Virus record (IMG/VR): IMGVR_UViG_3300037455_000372
Location: 11,710-75,709 of that record
DNA length: 64,000 nucleotides
Direction: 5' to 3' (one strand)
Source: a virus
Lineage: Duplodnaviria > Heunggongvirae > Uroviricota > Caudoviricetes
Below, in pieces: positions 38,985 through 48,372 of this stretch. Under the pieces are notes generated by a model, which had not been told where the DNA came from, did no database searches, and saw only the letters and a list, made by a program, of their open reading frames with translations. The first letter of the stretch is position 1, and every line of letters begins with the position of its first letter. Both the position numbers and the translations under genes were made by a program.

Positions 38985-40204
38985 TATTTCCCCTTGGCTT
39001 TCTCTTCGGAAGCCTTGAAATTGTAAATCGGCTTGATGGTCGTTATGATATCAGCCGTCTCTTGGATGTTACGGACGATCTCGCCCATCGGCTTGTAGGC
39101 CATCGGCGACTCGTCGATAGTGCCAGAACCAACACATGTCGTGTAGATACCTTCCATCGAAGACTTGAACGCCTCCATCGTCAAGGTCTCCTTCGCCTTG
39201 GAACGAGACATCAAACGTCCGGCACCGTGCGGTCCGGAGAAGTTCCACTCTTCGTTGCCCTTACCGCGAACCAAGAGCGAGCCGTCCCTCATATTCATCG
39301 GAATCAAGGCGACCTCGTCCTTCTGCAAGGAAATGGATCCCTTGCGCAGAATCATATTGTCCAAGTCGATGTAGTTATGCACGGTACAGAACTTGTCCAA
39401 GATGTGATGCTTCTTGATGCCCATACAGTCGATGATGACATCCATCATCGCCTCACGGTTCCACCAAGCGAAATCCTGAGCAATCTTCATATCGTGCAAG
39501 TAGTTCTGCAGCAATTCGCCTTCCAAGTAGGCCAGCTCGTCCGGAATCGGACACTTTGCCGCTTGGTTCGCCTTCAAGACCGTCTCAATCTCGGACTGGC
39601 GGCCCTGAGCCTTCAACCGCTCGATAACCTCTTGCTTCGTCTGACGCTGGTTCTTGTGGTACTTGATTGCTTCCTTCTGGTAGAAATTACACACCTCAAT
39701 ACCCAAGTGGCGCGAGCCGGAATGAATTACGATGTATTTATTACCATCGGAATCCACATCAATTTCGCCGAAATGATTTCCCGAACCAAGAGTCCCAATC
39801 GATAACATCAGTTTTTCGGCATTGACTGGAGCAATCAATTCGTCCAAAGCAACACGTTCAGTAAAGCGGTGCTTCTTCGTACGGTGGTTCATCCCAGACG
39901 GAATTTCGTTATGCCACACCTTGTCGAACTTCGGCAAGTCGAGGATGCAGTCCTTCGAGACCTTCATCACGAGCATACCACACCCGATGTCGACGCCGAC
40001 CAAGTTCGGCACGACACGGTCGACAATCTTCATCGTCAACCCAATAACACAGCCAGTACCGGCGTGGCAGTCCGGCATAATGGCGAAATGAGAACCTTCA
40101 GCAAACTTCTGGTTCATCAAGTTCAAAATCTGCTTGTAGGCGGCATCTTCCAAGATGTCAGTATACACCTTCGCCGTGTTAAACTTTCCTACGATTTCAA
40201 TCAT
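38984..40204 (-). CDS. rtcB: RtcB-family RNA ligase (3'-phosphate/5'-OH)
   Basis: MPDCHAGTGCVIG, GSGNHF, NFSGPHGAGR motifs in RtcB order; start set to MIEIVGKF (AGAGG RBS) because promoter motif 40229-40239 lies inside the longer ORF. Confidence 0.8.
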   Translation of the reverse strand: MIEIVGKFNTAKVYTDILEDAAYKQILNLMNQKFAEGSHFAIMPDCHAGTGCVIGLTMKIVDRVVPNLVGVDIGCGMLVMKVSKDCILDLPKFDKVWHNEIPSGMNHRTKKHRFTERVALDELIAPVNAEKLMLSIGTLGSGNHFGEIDVDSDGNKYIVIHSGSRHLGIEVCNFYQKEAIKYHKNQRQTKQEVIERLKAQGRQSEIETVLKANQAAKCPIPDELAYLEGELLQNYLHDMKIAQDFAWWNREAMMDVIIDCMGIKKHHILDKFCTVHNYIDLDNMILRKGSISLQKDEVALIPMNMRDGSLLVRGKGNEEWNFSGPHGAGRLMSRSKAKETLTMEAFKSSMEGIYTTCVGSGTIDESPMAYKPMGEIVRNIQETADIITTIKPIYNFKASEEKAKGK

Positions 40205-40208
40205 AATT

Positions 40209-40478
40209 CTAACCTCTGTAATTGGGGTAAATATAGCAACACGGAGGATAAATGTCAATACGCCAATCGCCTAATTGGTATGGCAAGTCCTTGGTCATTC
40301 GCATATACTCTTTCATCGGGTCTACCGGGTCAGTAAACATATTCTTGTCCATCGCCGGGACTGCTATCAAGACCAGAAGCATCGAAGTCCACAACGCTGT
40401 GCGCCTAATAGTACACTTCAACGCAACCAGAAAGGTTACCGTAAACCAAATAAGTGCCAATACCGCTTGATCTAGCAT
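40209..40478 (-). CDS. small membrane protein (89 aa, two TM segments)
   Basis: hydrophobic helices; minus ORF between operon members. Confidence 0.4.
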   Translation of the reverse strand: MLDQAVLALIWFTVTFLVALKCTIRRTALWTSMLLVLIAVPAMDKNMFTDPVDPMKEYMRMTKDLPYQLGDWRIDIYPPCCYIYPNYRG

Positions 40479-41071
40479 TCAGATATCGTAGCCTTCACGT
40501 CCATCGCCAACAGAGCCGCCGTATAGAGTACGTCTTCATCTTGAGAAAACTGCTTCATAGCCGTCACGAGCGACAATGCCGTATTGTTGTACTTCAGCGC
40601 ACGGACGGCACCCATATCCTTGATACCGCCATCCATAGAGCACGCCATCAATTCGAGGTTGCTGCTAATCGCAACATCTGACAAAAACGCGTAGCCACCC
40701 CCACTAATTTCAACACCAGTTGCTGGCTCAGGAAAATCGATTACTAAGCCTTTAGCACCATCAATACCGGCCATCTTATAAGCAATCAGTATGCTCTGAA
40801 CAAGCTGTTCACGCACTCCTGACTTGCAGCTGAACAAGTCGGTAAGCCTTCCATTAAGTCCTTCCACCACAAACAATATCAACAGTTGCGCAAGCTCGGT
40901 AAAAGTTTCGATCTTGTCCAAGCTGTCGTAGGTACACCAAGGAATATGAACCAAACCTTCTTCATCAGGTTTCGGAAATTCAATCGGGTCACGAAGGTTT
41001 CTATCACCGATTGAAAAACTATGTTCCGAAGACGAATTGGTTTCGAAAACCCCATTACGCATTGTTTCCAT
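40472..41071 (-). CDS. paralog family 2 protein (N-term METMRNGVFETNSSSEH)
   Basis: same signature as 37246 and 37852 genes. Confidence 0.55.
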   Translation of the reverse strand: METMRNGVFETNSSSEHSFSIGDRNLRDPIEFPKPDEEGLVHIPWCTYDSLDKIETFTELAQLLILFVVEGLNGRLTDLFSCKSGVREQLVQSILIAYKMAGIDGAKGLVIDFPEPATGVEISGGGYAFLSDVAISSNLELMACSMDGGIKDMGAVRALKYNNTALSLVTAMKQFSQDEDVLYTAALLAMDVKATISEC

Positions 41072-42509
41072 CGAATACTCCAGTGGCGACTATCGCCTTT
41101 GTAAGTTTGTCGATTACCGGCACGGTCACGCTGTTACCGATAAGCTTCATCCATCTCTGTCTAGTAGGAGGAAGCTCGAAATCCTCCGGGAAGCCTTGGA
41201 TGCGGCAAGCTTCCTTGTTCGTGATCTTACGGTAATTCTTATCCAAAGCGATATGCTTCAAGAATTCCGCCTTGCTGTTATGGGGCAAGTCGACCATAGC
41301 GACGTAATCGTTCGTATCGCTCGCTACCATAGTCGGGAAGATGTTGCACGATCTGAGGAACACCCGGTAGACACCGTTGATGCCAGTGCTGACCTTGGAA
41401 TTCTTCAAGTCGTAACGGACTTCCGCAACGCTCAACACACCTTCCTCAACCAGTTTCTTGATGGTTTCGATAACCACTGACCGGCTGAACTTCTTCAGTG
41501 CCGGTTGCTTGAAAATCTCCGGCAGACAGCGACCCTCTTCACAAGCCTTGATGACACTGCATATTGGAAGGTTCAAGTCCCCGCATTTTCCGACACCACC
41601 ATTGTAGGCATAGCGGTAGTCGACTCGGCGTATGATGTTCATCCTTACCAGAGCTGTCAACGACCTAAACAAGTCGGCCTTGTTGATATCCGGAAGCAAG
41701 TCGCCGATATGGTCGAACGACATCGGATTGCCGTCTTGCGGACCGTACTTCGACTTGCGGCGGTTCCTCATTATGGCCTCACAAATCCGTCGCTGGTTGT
41801 CCGACGTATTGGTGATTTCCCAAGAGTGAATCGTGGTCGCGCCGTCCCTAGCGTCGTTGAAAACGTAGTAGTCGTTCTCGCCGGTCGCGTTCTTGGACAA
41901 GCTGCGTGACGCCGACTTGACCTTGCTCATATCGACATATTCGCCGGTAAGAATCTCGTGCATCGTGAGCTTGTTCGGAGTCGGTTCTGGAAACTTGAAC
42001 TTCTCAAGCATAGCCGGATCGCGGAACCCAACAATGTACACACGCTCTCGCATCTGCGGAGAACCGTAGTCGAACGAGTTCAGAACCTTCCACGCCGCGT
42101 GGTACCCGGCTTCCTCGATTCTGGACAAGATGTACTGGAACGCCTCGATGTTGTGCTTGTCGGTCAACCCCTTAACATTCTCGAACAAGAAAGCCTTCGG
42201 CTGGCTCTTCGTCAAGAGGTAGATGGTATCGTTCCACAGCTGGCCACGGTCGTCATCAAATCCGAGACGCTTTCCAGCAACAGACCACGACTGACAAGGC
42301 ACACCGGCGGTTATGAAATCCACGGACGGAGGGTCCACTATCTTCGTGATATCGCCCAAGTTCTTGTCCTTGGACATCTTATGGTTGATACAGTAATACT
42401 CGATGGCGTCCTTGGCGACTTCGGAGAAGCCGACGCACTGACCGCCGTTGTTCTTGGCGGCAATGTGGAACCCACCTATACCAGCAAACAAGTCTAAAAA
42501 CGTGAACAT
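41055..42509 (-). CDS. dcm: DNA (cytosine-5)-methyltransferase
   Basis: FLDLFAGIGGF (motif I), GVPCQSWSVAGKR (motif IV PCQ), ENVKGL (motif VI); start trimmed to MFTFLD because the longer ORF overlaps tRNA-Arg. Confidence 0.8.
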   Translation of the reverse strand: MFTFLDLFAGIGGFHIAAKNNGGQCVGFSEVAKDAIEYYCINHKMSKDKNLGDITKIVDPPSVDFITAGVPCQSWSVAGKRLGFDDDRGQLWNDTIYLLTKSQPKAFLFENVKGLTDKHNIEAFQYILSRIEEAGYHAAWKVLNSFDYGSPQMRERVYIVGFRDPAMLEKFKFPEPTPNKLTMHEILTGEYVDMSKVKSASRSLSKNATGENDYYVFNDARDGATTIHSWEITNTSDNQRRICEAIMRNRRKSKYGPQDGNPMSFDHIGDLLPDINKADLFRSLTALVRMNIIRRVDYRYAYNGGVGKCGDLNLPICSVIKACEEGRCLPEIFKQPALKKFSRSVVIETIKKLVEEGVLSVAEVRYDLKNSKVSTGINGVYRVFLRSCNIFPTMVASDTNDYVAMVDLPHNSKAEFLKHIALDKNYRKITNKEACRIQGFPEDFELPPTRQRWMKLIGNSVTVPVIDKLTKAIVATGVFDGNNA

Positions 42510-42521
42510 ATAAACCCTAAT

Positions 42522-42593
42522 ACACCCGGCGAGAGTCGAACTCGCGACCTTGCCTTTCGGAGAGACACACTCTTCCAACTGAGCTACGAGTGC
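42522..42593 (-). tRNA. tRNA-Arg (anticodon CCG)
   Basis: acceptor GCACTCG/CGGGTGT (two GU), anticodon arm TGTCT-CTCCGAA-AGGCA, T-arm GCGAG-TTCGACT-CTCGC. Confidence 0.6.
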
Positions 42594-42599
42594 TTGAAA

Positions 42600-43010
42600 C
42601 TAAATATGAAGATCGGCACCGAATGACTTCGGCTTTGCCCCAAAGTGTAACGTGTATGGTCCGAATAGCTGATTACCATCAGTCACCGCGTTAATGATAA
42701 CCACCATAGGCGCAGCAGACTTTTCCATATACGGAGCAAGTCGCTTGACTTCTTCAGCTGGCTTGCTGTCGTACATAGTTACGTCGATAACATACTTGTC
42801 CTCGACCTTCTTCGGATTGCCATTGATTTCGCCAGCAACCTTACCCATATCAATTTCCGTTCGATGGTCAGCAAACCCAAACTGCACATACTTTTCCGGA
42901 ATGACTGGCCAATCTCCAGACTTTCTAAAACGCATAGTATGCAGCCACTGGTTGATGACGTATTCAGCGGTGAATCTTGGATGTGGCGGTACAAAAAGTT
43001 CAAATTCCAT
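42600..43010 (-). CDS. hypothetical protein (start MEFELFVP)
   Basis: promoter motif 43029-43039 upstream of ATG 43010. Confidence 0.5.
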   Translation of the reverse strand: MEFELFVPPHPRFTAEYVINQWLHTMRFRKSGDWPVIPEKYVQFGFADHRTEIDMGKVAGEINGNPKKVEDKYVIDVTMYDSKPAEEVKRLAPYMEKSAAPMVVIINAVTDGNQLFGPYTLHFGAKPKSFGADLHI

Positions 43011-43040
43011 ATAAGACCTCTTTGTACAAAATATAGCAAT

Positions 43041-43065
43041 GCCACGGTCGTCGTGCAACCGTGGC
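43041..43065. repeat. perfect hairpin GCCACGG-N11-CCGTGGC immediately adjacent to promoter motif
   Basis: read directly. Confidence 0.5.
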
Positions 43066-43071
43066 ATCCTA

Positions 43072-43163
43072 TGGACCGACTCAGACTCGAACTGAGAAGT
43101 ACATTTTACTGTACGTGTGCCGGGTTATGAGTCCGGTGCCTTAACCAATTTGGCGATCGGTCC
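43072..43163 (-). tRNA. type-II-like tRNA (long variable stem-loop GTACA-GTAAAA-TGTAC) with anticodon CAT
   Basis: acceptor GGACCGA/TCGGTCC perfect, T-arm CTCAG-TTCGAGT-CTGAG, anticodon hairpin CCGG(A)-CTCATAA-(C)CCGG; about 92 nt. Confidence 0.5.
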
Positions 43164-43471
43164 GAAATTGCTGCTTCGCGTACTCGCGTCTCGGCTACCG
43201 GAATCGTTCGGTGCAAGTACACGCATTTGGAACATATCCCACCAATTTAGTGTCGTCAAAAGTAACTTTTACGAACTTTCCCTTTCGGGGTTGTAGTTTG
43301 AGGATTTAGACACGCACAACTTATAAGCGTTTAACGGAGCCGTGTACTGCACAGATTACTAGCTAGAGCCACCAGCATAAGTCCTGTTTTCAAGTCGTAC
43401 GGAAATCGTCGTGACGATTTATTATGTCTCCGGAATCCTCGACTGGATATTGTTCCGTTGCAACAAGAGGC

Positions 43472-44050
43472 TTACTCGACGGTGAAGCCGAGCTTGCCAG
43501 CAAGTTCTACGTCCATCGGGACCGTAATCTTCGTGGTGTTGTTGAACGCTTGCAACTCTTCTTCCAGATCGCGCTTGAGGTTGGTCGCCTTCATAATCGG
43601 CGCGTCGAAGAAATCGACGGTAGGCATAACCTGTGCCAACACTTCGACTTCGTACTTGCCGGTCACGTTGTTGAAGAATCGGTCGGTGTTCTTCGCGCCG
43701 CGAGCGTAGGTCTGCATATCAGAAAGCAAGGAAATAGTCTTATTGCACTTGTCAATCTGGGCGAGCTTAATCTGGCCTTCCGCGTTGCTCTGCTCGATGG
43801 CGATGTCGAGCGTCATCTTGGTATGGAGCAACTTCTCGACCTCGATAATGTCGTTTTCGACGGAATCGGTCGTAAGGTTCGTGAGTTCGGCGGGAAGCTC
43901 GGTCTCGTGTACAAACGGACGAATGCGGCGCAAGGTCTGTCCCATACGCTGAATCATATTGTTAAGGTCCTTGCGAGCCTTAAAAGCACGGGTCAACGAC
44001 ATCTGGACAGCGACCGGATGCACAAGTTCTTTTTGTTCAATAGTTTCCAT
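43472..44050 (-). CDS. hypothetical protein (192 aa)
   Basis: variant motif AATTATAGCAA at 44071-44081 upstream. Confidence 0.5.
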   Translation of the reverse strand: METIEQKELVHPVAVQMSLTRAFKARKDLNNMIQRMGQTLRRIRPFVHETELPAELTNLTTDSVENDIIEVEKLLHTKMTLDIAIEQSNAEGQIKLAQIDKCNKTISLLSDMQTYARGAKNTDRFFNNVTGKYEVEVLAQVMPTVDFFDAPIMKATNLKRDLEEELQAFNNTTKITVPMDVELAGKLGFTVE

Positions 44051-44138
44051 AAATTCCTCTCAGATGACGAAATTATAGCAATCCGGACTACGGATGTCAA
44101 CGGTTGAACGAATAATTGGCCTTTTTTATATTGGTGGT

Positions 44139-44336
44139 ATGAAAAAGACATTGCTTCTATCAGTTACCATTCTACTAGCCGGTTGCGGAACCGGGACTAG
44201 CATAACCAACCACATCGAACTCTACCATCCGGTATCGTGCCTAGACGCCAAGTGCGACATCGATTCCAAATGCACCGACCAAGACTGCAAAATCAAGGTT
44301 CAGTGCTGCTGTGTAGACAAAAATGACCAGCAATAA
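44139..44336 (+). CDS. small Cys-rich lipoprotein (MKKTLLLSVTILLAGC)
   Basis: signal peptide + LAGC lipobox; GGTGGT before ATG. Confidence 0.5.
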   Translation: MKKTLLLSVTILLAGCGTGTSITNHIELYHPVSCLDAKCDIDSKCTDQDCKIKVQCCCVDKNDQQ

Positions 44337-44349
44337 GCTGGCCTCTTAG

Positions 44350-44422
44350 TAGCGGGAGACGGACTCGAACCGACGACGCCGAGCATATGAAACTCGTGAG
44401 CTACCAACTGCTCTATCCCGCG
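44350..44422 (-). tRNA. tRNA-Met (anticodon CAT; initiator-like C1 mismatch and GGTCGTCGGTTCG block)
   Basis: acceptor CGCGGGA/TCCCGCT with C1-U72 mismatch, anticodon arm CGAGT-TTCATAT-GCTCG. Confidence 0.6.
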
Positions 44423-44469
44423 ATGTACTGTAAGTTTATATATAGCTAAAATTTTTTAAATTGTCAAGC

Positions 44470-45093
44470 CTACAGCAAGAAAAAATCGACCATACTCCGT
44501 CGCCTCACTTGGACGTGAAGATGCTCATTCGCATATCCAGCGTCCTCGTGAAGAACGAAATATCCGCCGCCAAGGATTTCCTTAACCGCGTCGACTATCT
44601 GACGCTTAGTCACGAAGTCGACATCCTTGATCCGGAAATCCACGGCCTCGCCACGGTAATGAGCCGAGTTCTTGGCGTGGCCGCCAAAGTCGTTGGCACT
44701 GGTTATCAACGGCTTGAACTGCGGATCGTTCATCATCTTCCGGTATACCGAAACCACCTTGAATACCGCCGTGTCCATACGCGGCGTAATGTCCATCTTC
44801 ACGGTAGACTTCTGCCTTGTCTGGCTCATAATCAGCCTATGCAGATCGATACCACCCGGCAGCTGCTCCAGCTCACCGGCGACCTCGGTAGAAACCCTAT
44901 CGAAGAAATGGACTTTCGGCTTGTGCTTGTACAGCCCGTAACCCATAACCGCGCTAAATACGAGTATGCCCAAGATGGTAAGGCATTGACCCATATGCTT
45001 CACGCAGTAACGGATAGCGAAGTTGGCAAGCAATACTGAACCTAGCGAAGCCAAAATCGCCAAGCCCATAAGATGAAGAACTAGTGTTATCAT
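44470..45093 (-). CDS. membrane-anchored M15-family (VanY/L-Ala-D-Glu peptidase-like) peptidase, possible endolysin
   Basis: two N-terminal TM helices; Zn-ligand pattern SAHYRGEAVD ... NEHLHV. Confidence 0.55.
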   Translation of the reverse strand: MITLVLHLMGLAILASLGSVLLANFAIRYCVKHMGQCLTILGILVFSAVMGYGLYKHKPKVHFFDRVSTEVAGELEQLPGGIDLHRLIMSQTRQKSTVKMDITPRMDTAVFKVVSVYRKMMNDPQFKPLITSANDFGGHAKNSAHYRGEAVDFRIKDVDFVTKRQIVDAVKEILGGGYFVLHEDAGYANEHLHVQVRRRSMVDFFLL

Positions 45094-45653
45094 ACGTTAG
45101 CGTCCAAGTAGCCGTGGATTTCGTGTTCGGTATAACCCTCGGCCAGCATTTCATTATACCATTCGTTGAAATGTACGTCATAGGGGGATGACTTCATCAG
45201 TATGTAAGGACTGAACGTGGTCTTGCCACGTACGGACATTTCCAGCGAAGCGAATATGTTCCGCCAGAAAGAATCGTCCGGGTTGATGTCCAGCCGCTTT
45301 ACTACCGTCGACTTGACCTTTACCAAGTCGCTGCAACCGTAGCGAGCCTTCTGCCACAATTCCTTCGCATAGTTGGCGCGTTCCAACGCCCGCTCGGCGA
45401 AGTAGGGAATCGGTTGCAAGTGTACGACGTGGTGCTCGGCCTCGCCGTGCTGGTGTGCAGCGGAAGCCGCGACATTGCCGAAGTACGGCAACAAGTCGCG
45501 ATATTCCTTCCCGGTTACTCGTATCCCACCGGCGTCGATTTCCCAATGGCTCAACTTTACAAGGTCAACTGACTTGTCGTCGCCGATGACCTTGTAGTGC
45601 ATATTGAGCAAATCGTACAAGTCGCTCTTGCCAGAATACTTGGACATAGTCAC
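45090..45653 (-). CDS. hypothetical protein (187 aa)
   Basis: minus ORF. Confidence 0.5.
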   Translation of the reverse strand: MTMSKYSGKSDLYDLLNMHYKVIGDDKSVDLVKLSHWEIDAGGIRVTGKEYRDLLPYFGNVAASAAHQHGEAEHHVVHLQPIPYFAERALERANYAKELWQKARYGCSDLVKVKSTVVKRLDINPDDSFWRNIFASLEMSVRGKTTFSPYILMKSSPYDVHFNEWYNEMLAEGYTEHEIHGYLDANV

Positions 45654-45655
45654 CC

Positions 45656-47689
45656 CTATTCCAGAGAAGCTACCCAGTCGTTGTAGCTCGCGTCACTGGG
45701 CATACGCCAGTCGGCACGAGGAGACAGCGACAACGTACCGACCTTCGGTCCGTCAGGGATGCAACTGCGCTTGAACTGCTGGGTGAAGAAACGGCGCAAG
45801 AAGAGTTCAAGAGCCTTCTTCAGCTCGTCGTGCTTGTCCCTGCCGAACGCATATTCGGCCAGATACAGCATCTTCGACGGCGTGGCACCGTACTTCACGA
45901 AGTGGTACAAGTAGAAGTCGTGAATATCGTAGGATCCGAGGATGCTCTCCGTCTTCTGCGCAATATTGCCGTTTGCGTCAGCCGGAAGCAGCTCAGGAGA
46001 TACCGGCGTGTCCAAGATGTCTCTGAGAACATCGGCCAGATTCTTCTTGCTGTCATCGCCTTCGCCAATCATACGGTCGACAATGCTGTACTTGTATTCG
46101 TTGTCGGCCTTGTCGGCATACCAGTTCACGATATAACGAACAAGCGTCTTCGGAATGTCGCAGTTCACCGAGTACATCGACATATGGTCGGCGTTATAGG
46201 TACACCAGCCAAGAGCGATTTCGGACAAGTCTCCGGTTCCGATAACCATACCTTGTTCCTTGTTGGCCAAGTCCATAAGAATCTGGGTACGTTCACGAGC
46301 TTGCGTATTCTCGTATGTCACGTCGGTAACCTTCGGATCGTGTCCGATATCGTCGAAGTGCTGCATACAAGCCTTGGAAATGTTAATCGTACGGAGTTCC
46401 ACACCAAGAGCCTCAGCCATTTCTACGGCATTATTCTTGGTACGCTTGGTTGTACCAAACCCAGGCATTGTCACCGCAAGGATGTCGGAAACCGGTCTGC
46501 CCAAGAGCTTGTACGTCTCGTATACGACCAGCAAGGCCAACGTAGAGTCAAGACCGCCAGACAACCCGATTACGGAACGCTTCACTCCGGTTTCAAGACG
46601 CTTGGCAAGGCCAGCACACTGGATATTGAAGATTTCACGGCAACAGTCATTGCGAACATTGGCAGCACTCGGCACAAACGGAGTCGAAGAAACATAGCGG
46701 TATTTCAGCTCCTTATTTGTCGGAACTGGGTCAATATCGCGGAATTTAATGGGGTGATAAACACGAAAACGGTTAACAACATCGCTATGTCCGAAATCTT
46801 GGAACGAACCTTCGCTGATACGCTGCATATTCAAGCGAGCCGCGTCAATATCTGCATAGATAATCTCGGTATCGCGAGAGAACTTATTGCACTCGGCCAT
46901 AAGGCTGCCGTTCTCGGCAATCATCAGGTGGCCGCTGCAAACCATATCAGTTGTCGATTCGTGAACACCAGCGGAGGCGTACACGTAACCAGCCATACAA
47001 CGGGCGGACTGATTCGTCACAAGGTCGCGACGATAGTTGGCCTTGCCTACCAATGCGTCACTGGCAGACAAGTTCAGAATCACGTTCGCACCGGCAAGAG
47101 CAAGTTCACCACTCGGCGGAGCCGGAGTCCACAAGTCTTCACACAATTCTACGCCGAGGCGTAATTCTGTATTGTTGGCAAACCCAAGCAAGTTGGTAAT
47201 TACCGGTTCATAGGCACCGACCCGGCACGTAAGAGCGTGACCGAACTCGTCACCCTTGAGCAATTCATAGCCGCTAGAAAAATGACGTTTTTCGTAAAAT
47301 TCGCGCTGGTTAGGCAAGTGAATCTTAGGCGTTACCGCGACAACCGATCCATTTTGGATAAGCACGGCGCAGTTGTACAAACGACCGAAAATCCGAAGCG
47401 GCGCACCCACAGCAATGATGACGTTTTTAAACGTATCACTGTTCATTTGGGTCATCCGGCAAATGTCAGTAATACCGTCGATTGTCTTCTGAAGAAGCGT
47501 CTCTTGATGGAAGAGGTCGTTACAAGTATAACCGGTGATACTCAGTTCCGGGAATACGACAACCGTTGCGCCGTTCTTTACGGCTTCCTTGGTCGCTTTC
47601 TTGATTTCAGCCACGTTGTATTCAGTATCTGCCACCTTGAGCTTGGGGCATACTGCAGCAAATCTGTAAAATCCGAATCCGTTATTCAT
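45656..47689 (-). CDS. nadE: glutamine-dependent NAD+ synthetase (CN-hydrolase + NadE domains)
   Basis: N-domain nitrilase-type FPELSITGY / K / LCEDLW triad; C-domain PP-loop GLSGGLDSTL; 677 aa typical for the two-domain enzyme. Confidence 0.8.
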   Translation of the reverse strand: MNNGFGFYRFAAVCPKLKVADTEYNVAEIKKATKEAVKNGATVVVFPELSITGYTCNDLFHQETLLQKTIDGITDICRMTQMNSDTFKNVIIAVGAPLRIFGRLYNCAVLIQNGSVVAVTPKIHLPNQREFYEKRHFSSGYELLKGDEFGHALTCRVGAYEPVITNLLGFANNTELRLGVELCEDLWTPAPPSGELALAGANVILNLSASDALVGKANYRRDLVTNQSARCMAGYVYASAGVHESTTDMVCSGHLMIAENGSLMAECNKFSRDTEIIYADIDAARLNMQRISEGSFQDFGHSDVVNRFRVYHPIKFRDIDPVPTNKELKYRYVSSTPFVPSAANVRNDCCREIFNIQCAGLAKRLETGVKRSVIGLSGGLDSTLALLVVYETYKLLGRPVSDILAVTMPGFGTTKRTKNNAVEMAEALGVELRTINISKACMQHFDDIGHDPKVTDVTYENTQARERTQILMDLANKEQGMVIGTGDLSEIALGWCTYNADHMSMYSVNCDIPKTLVRYIVNWYADKADNEYKYSIVDRMIGEGDDSKKNLADVLRDILDTPVSPELLPADANGNIAQKTESILGSYDIHDFYLYHFVKYGATPSKMLYLAEYAFGRDKHDELKKALELFLRRFFTQQFKRSCIPDGPKVGTLSLSPRADWRMPSDASYNDWVASLE

Positions 47690-48372
47690 TTCTTCTTAGC
47701 CTTCTTTTTAGGTTTAATGTCTTCGTTAGGGGTCCAGTTCTTCGGTAGGTCGTCCCAGAGCTTGCGGTTCTTCTTGCACCAGCTAAGGAACTCGTGAGTG
47801 TCGGGGAAAAGGTCAACGATGCCGATCGGCAACTGGTCTTTTACACAATCGTTCACGCTATAATGTATCAGCGGCTTATTGAGGTCGATGCGGTCGAGCA
47901 ACTTGCGGAATTGGTCTACAATTTGGCCAGCAAACTCGATTCCTCGCACGATTTCGCTGGTCTTAACCATACGACGGTCGTTACGATTGATGGAATCCTC
48001 GTACATTTTCTTCCAGTCCCACGTCGTACGGATATAGAGCAGCAAGTCGTACGGCGATATGACTTCCTTGCGCTTGACGATATCGCACATCAACGGTCCA
48101 GTCATTTCGAGAGCGTGCCGCATCTTGTGGATTTGTTCGTTGGTCTGTGCCGAAAACTTGGACACAATATCGGGCAGAAGTCCAGAGATGAACAACGTGT
48201 TTTCCGGAGAAATGTCGCACATCTCGTTGAGGAGGTGTTCGACAATCATCTTGCGACGGTCTTTACTCTGGATAATCGTATTCATCGCTTTGATTTCATC
48301 TGCGGTGAGCTTGTTCAGGTCGAAACAGTCGCGCAGATTCGTTCCAAGTCGACCACATACTGTATCGATCAT
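47686..48372 (-). CDS. hypothetical protein with Lys-rich C-terminal tail (KPKKKAKKK)
   Basis: ORF 47686..48444 trimmed to MIDTVCGRL, which abuts the upstream stop. Confidence 0.5.
   Translation of the reverse strand: MIDTVCGRLGTNLRDCFDLNKLTADEIKAMNTIIQSKDRRKMIVEHLLNEMCDISPENTLFISGLLPDIVSKFSAQTNEQIHKMRHALEMTGPLMCDIVKRKEVISPYDLLLYIRTTWDWKKMYEDSINRNDRRMVKTSEIVRGIEFAGQIVDQFRKLLDRIDLNKPLIHYSVNDCVKDQLPIGIVDLFPDTHEFLSWCKKNRKLWDDLPKNWTPNEDIKPKKKAKKK

Noticed and set aside
45830-47164. 444-aa plus-strand ORF
   Set aside because: Antisense inside the nadE gene, whose two domains carry unambiguous motifs.
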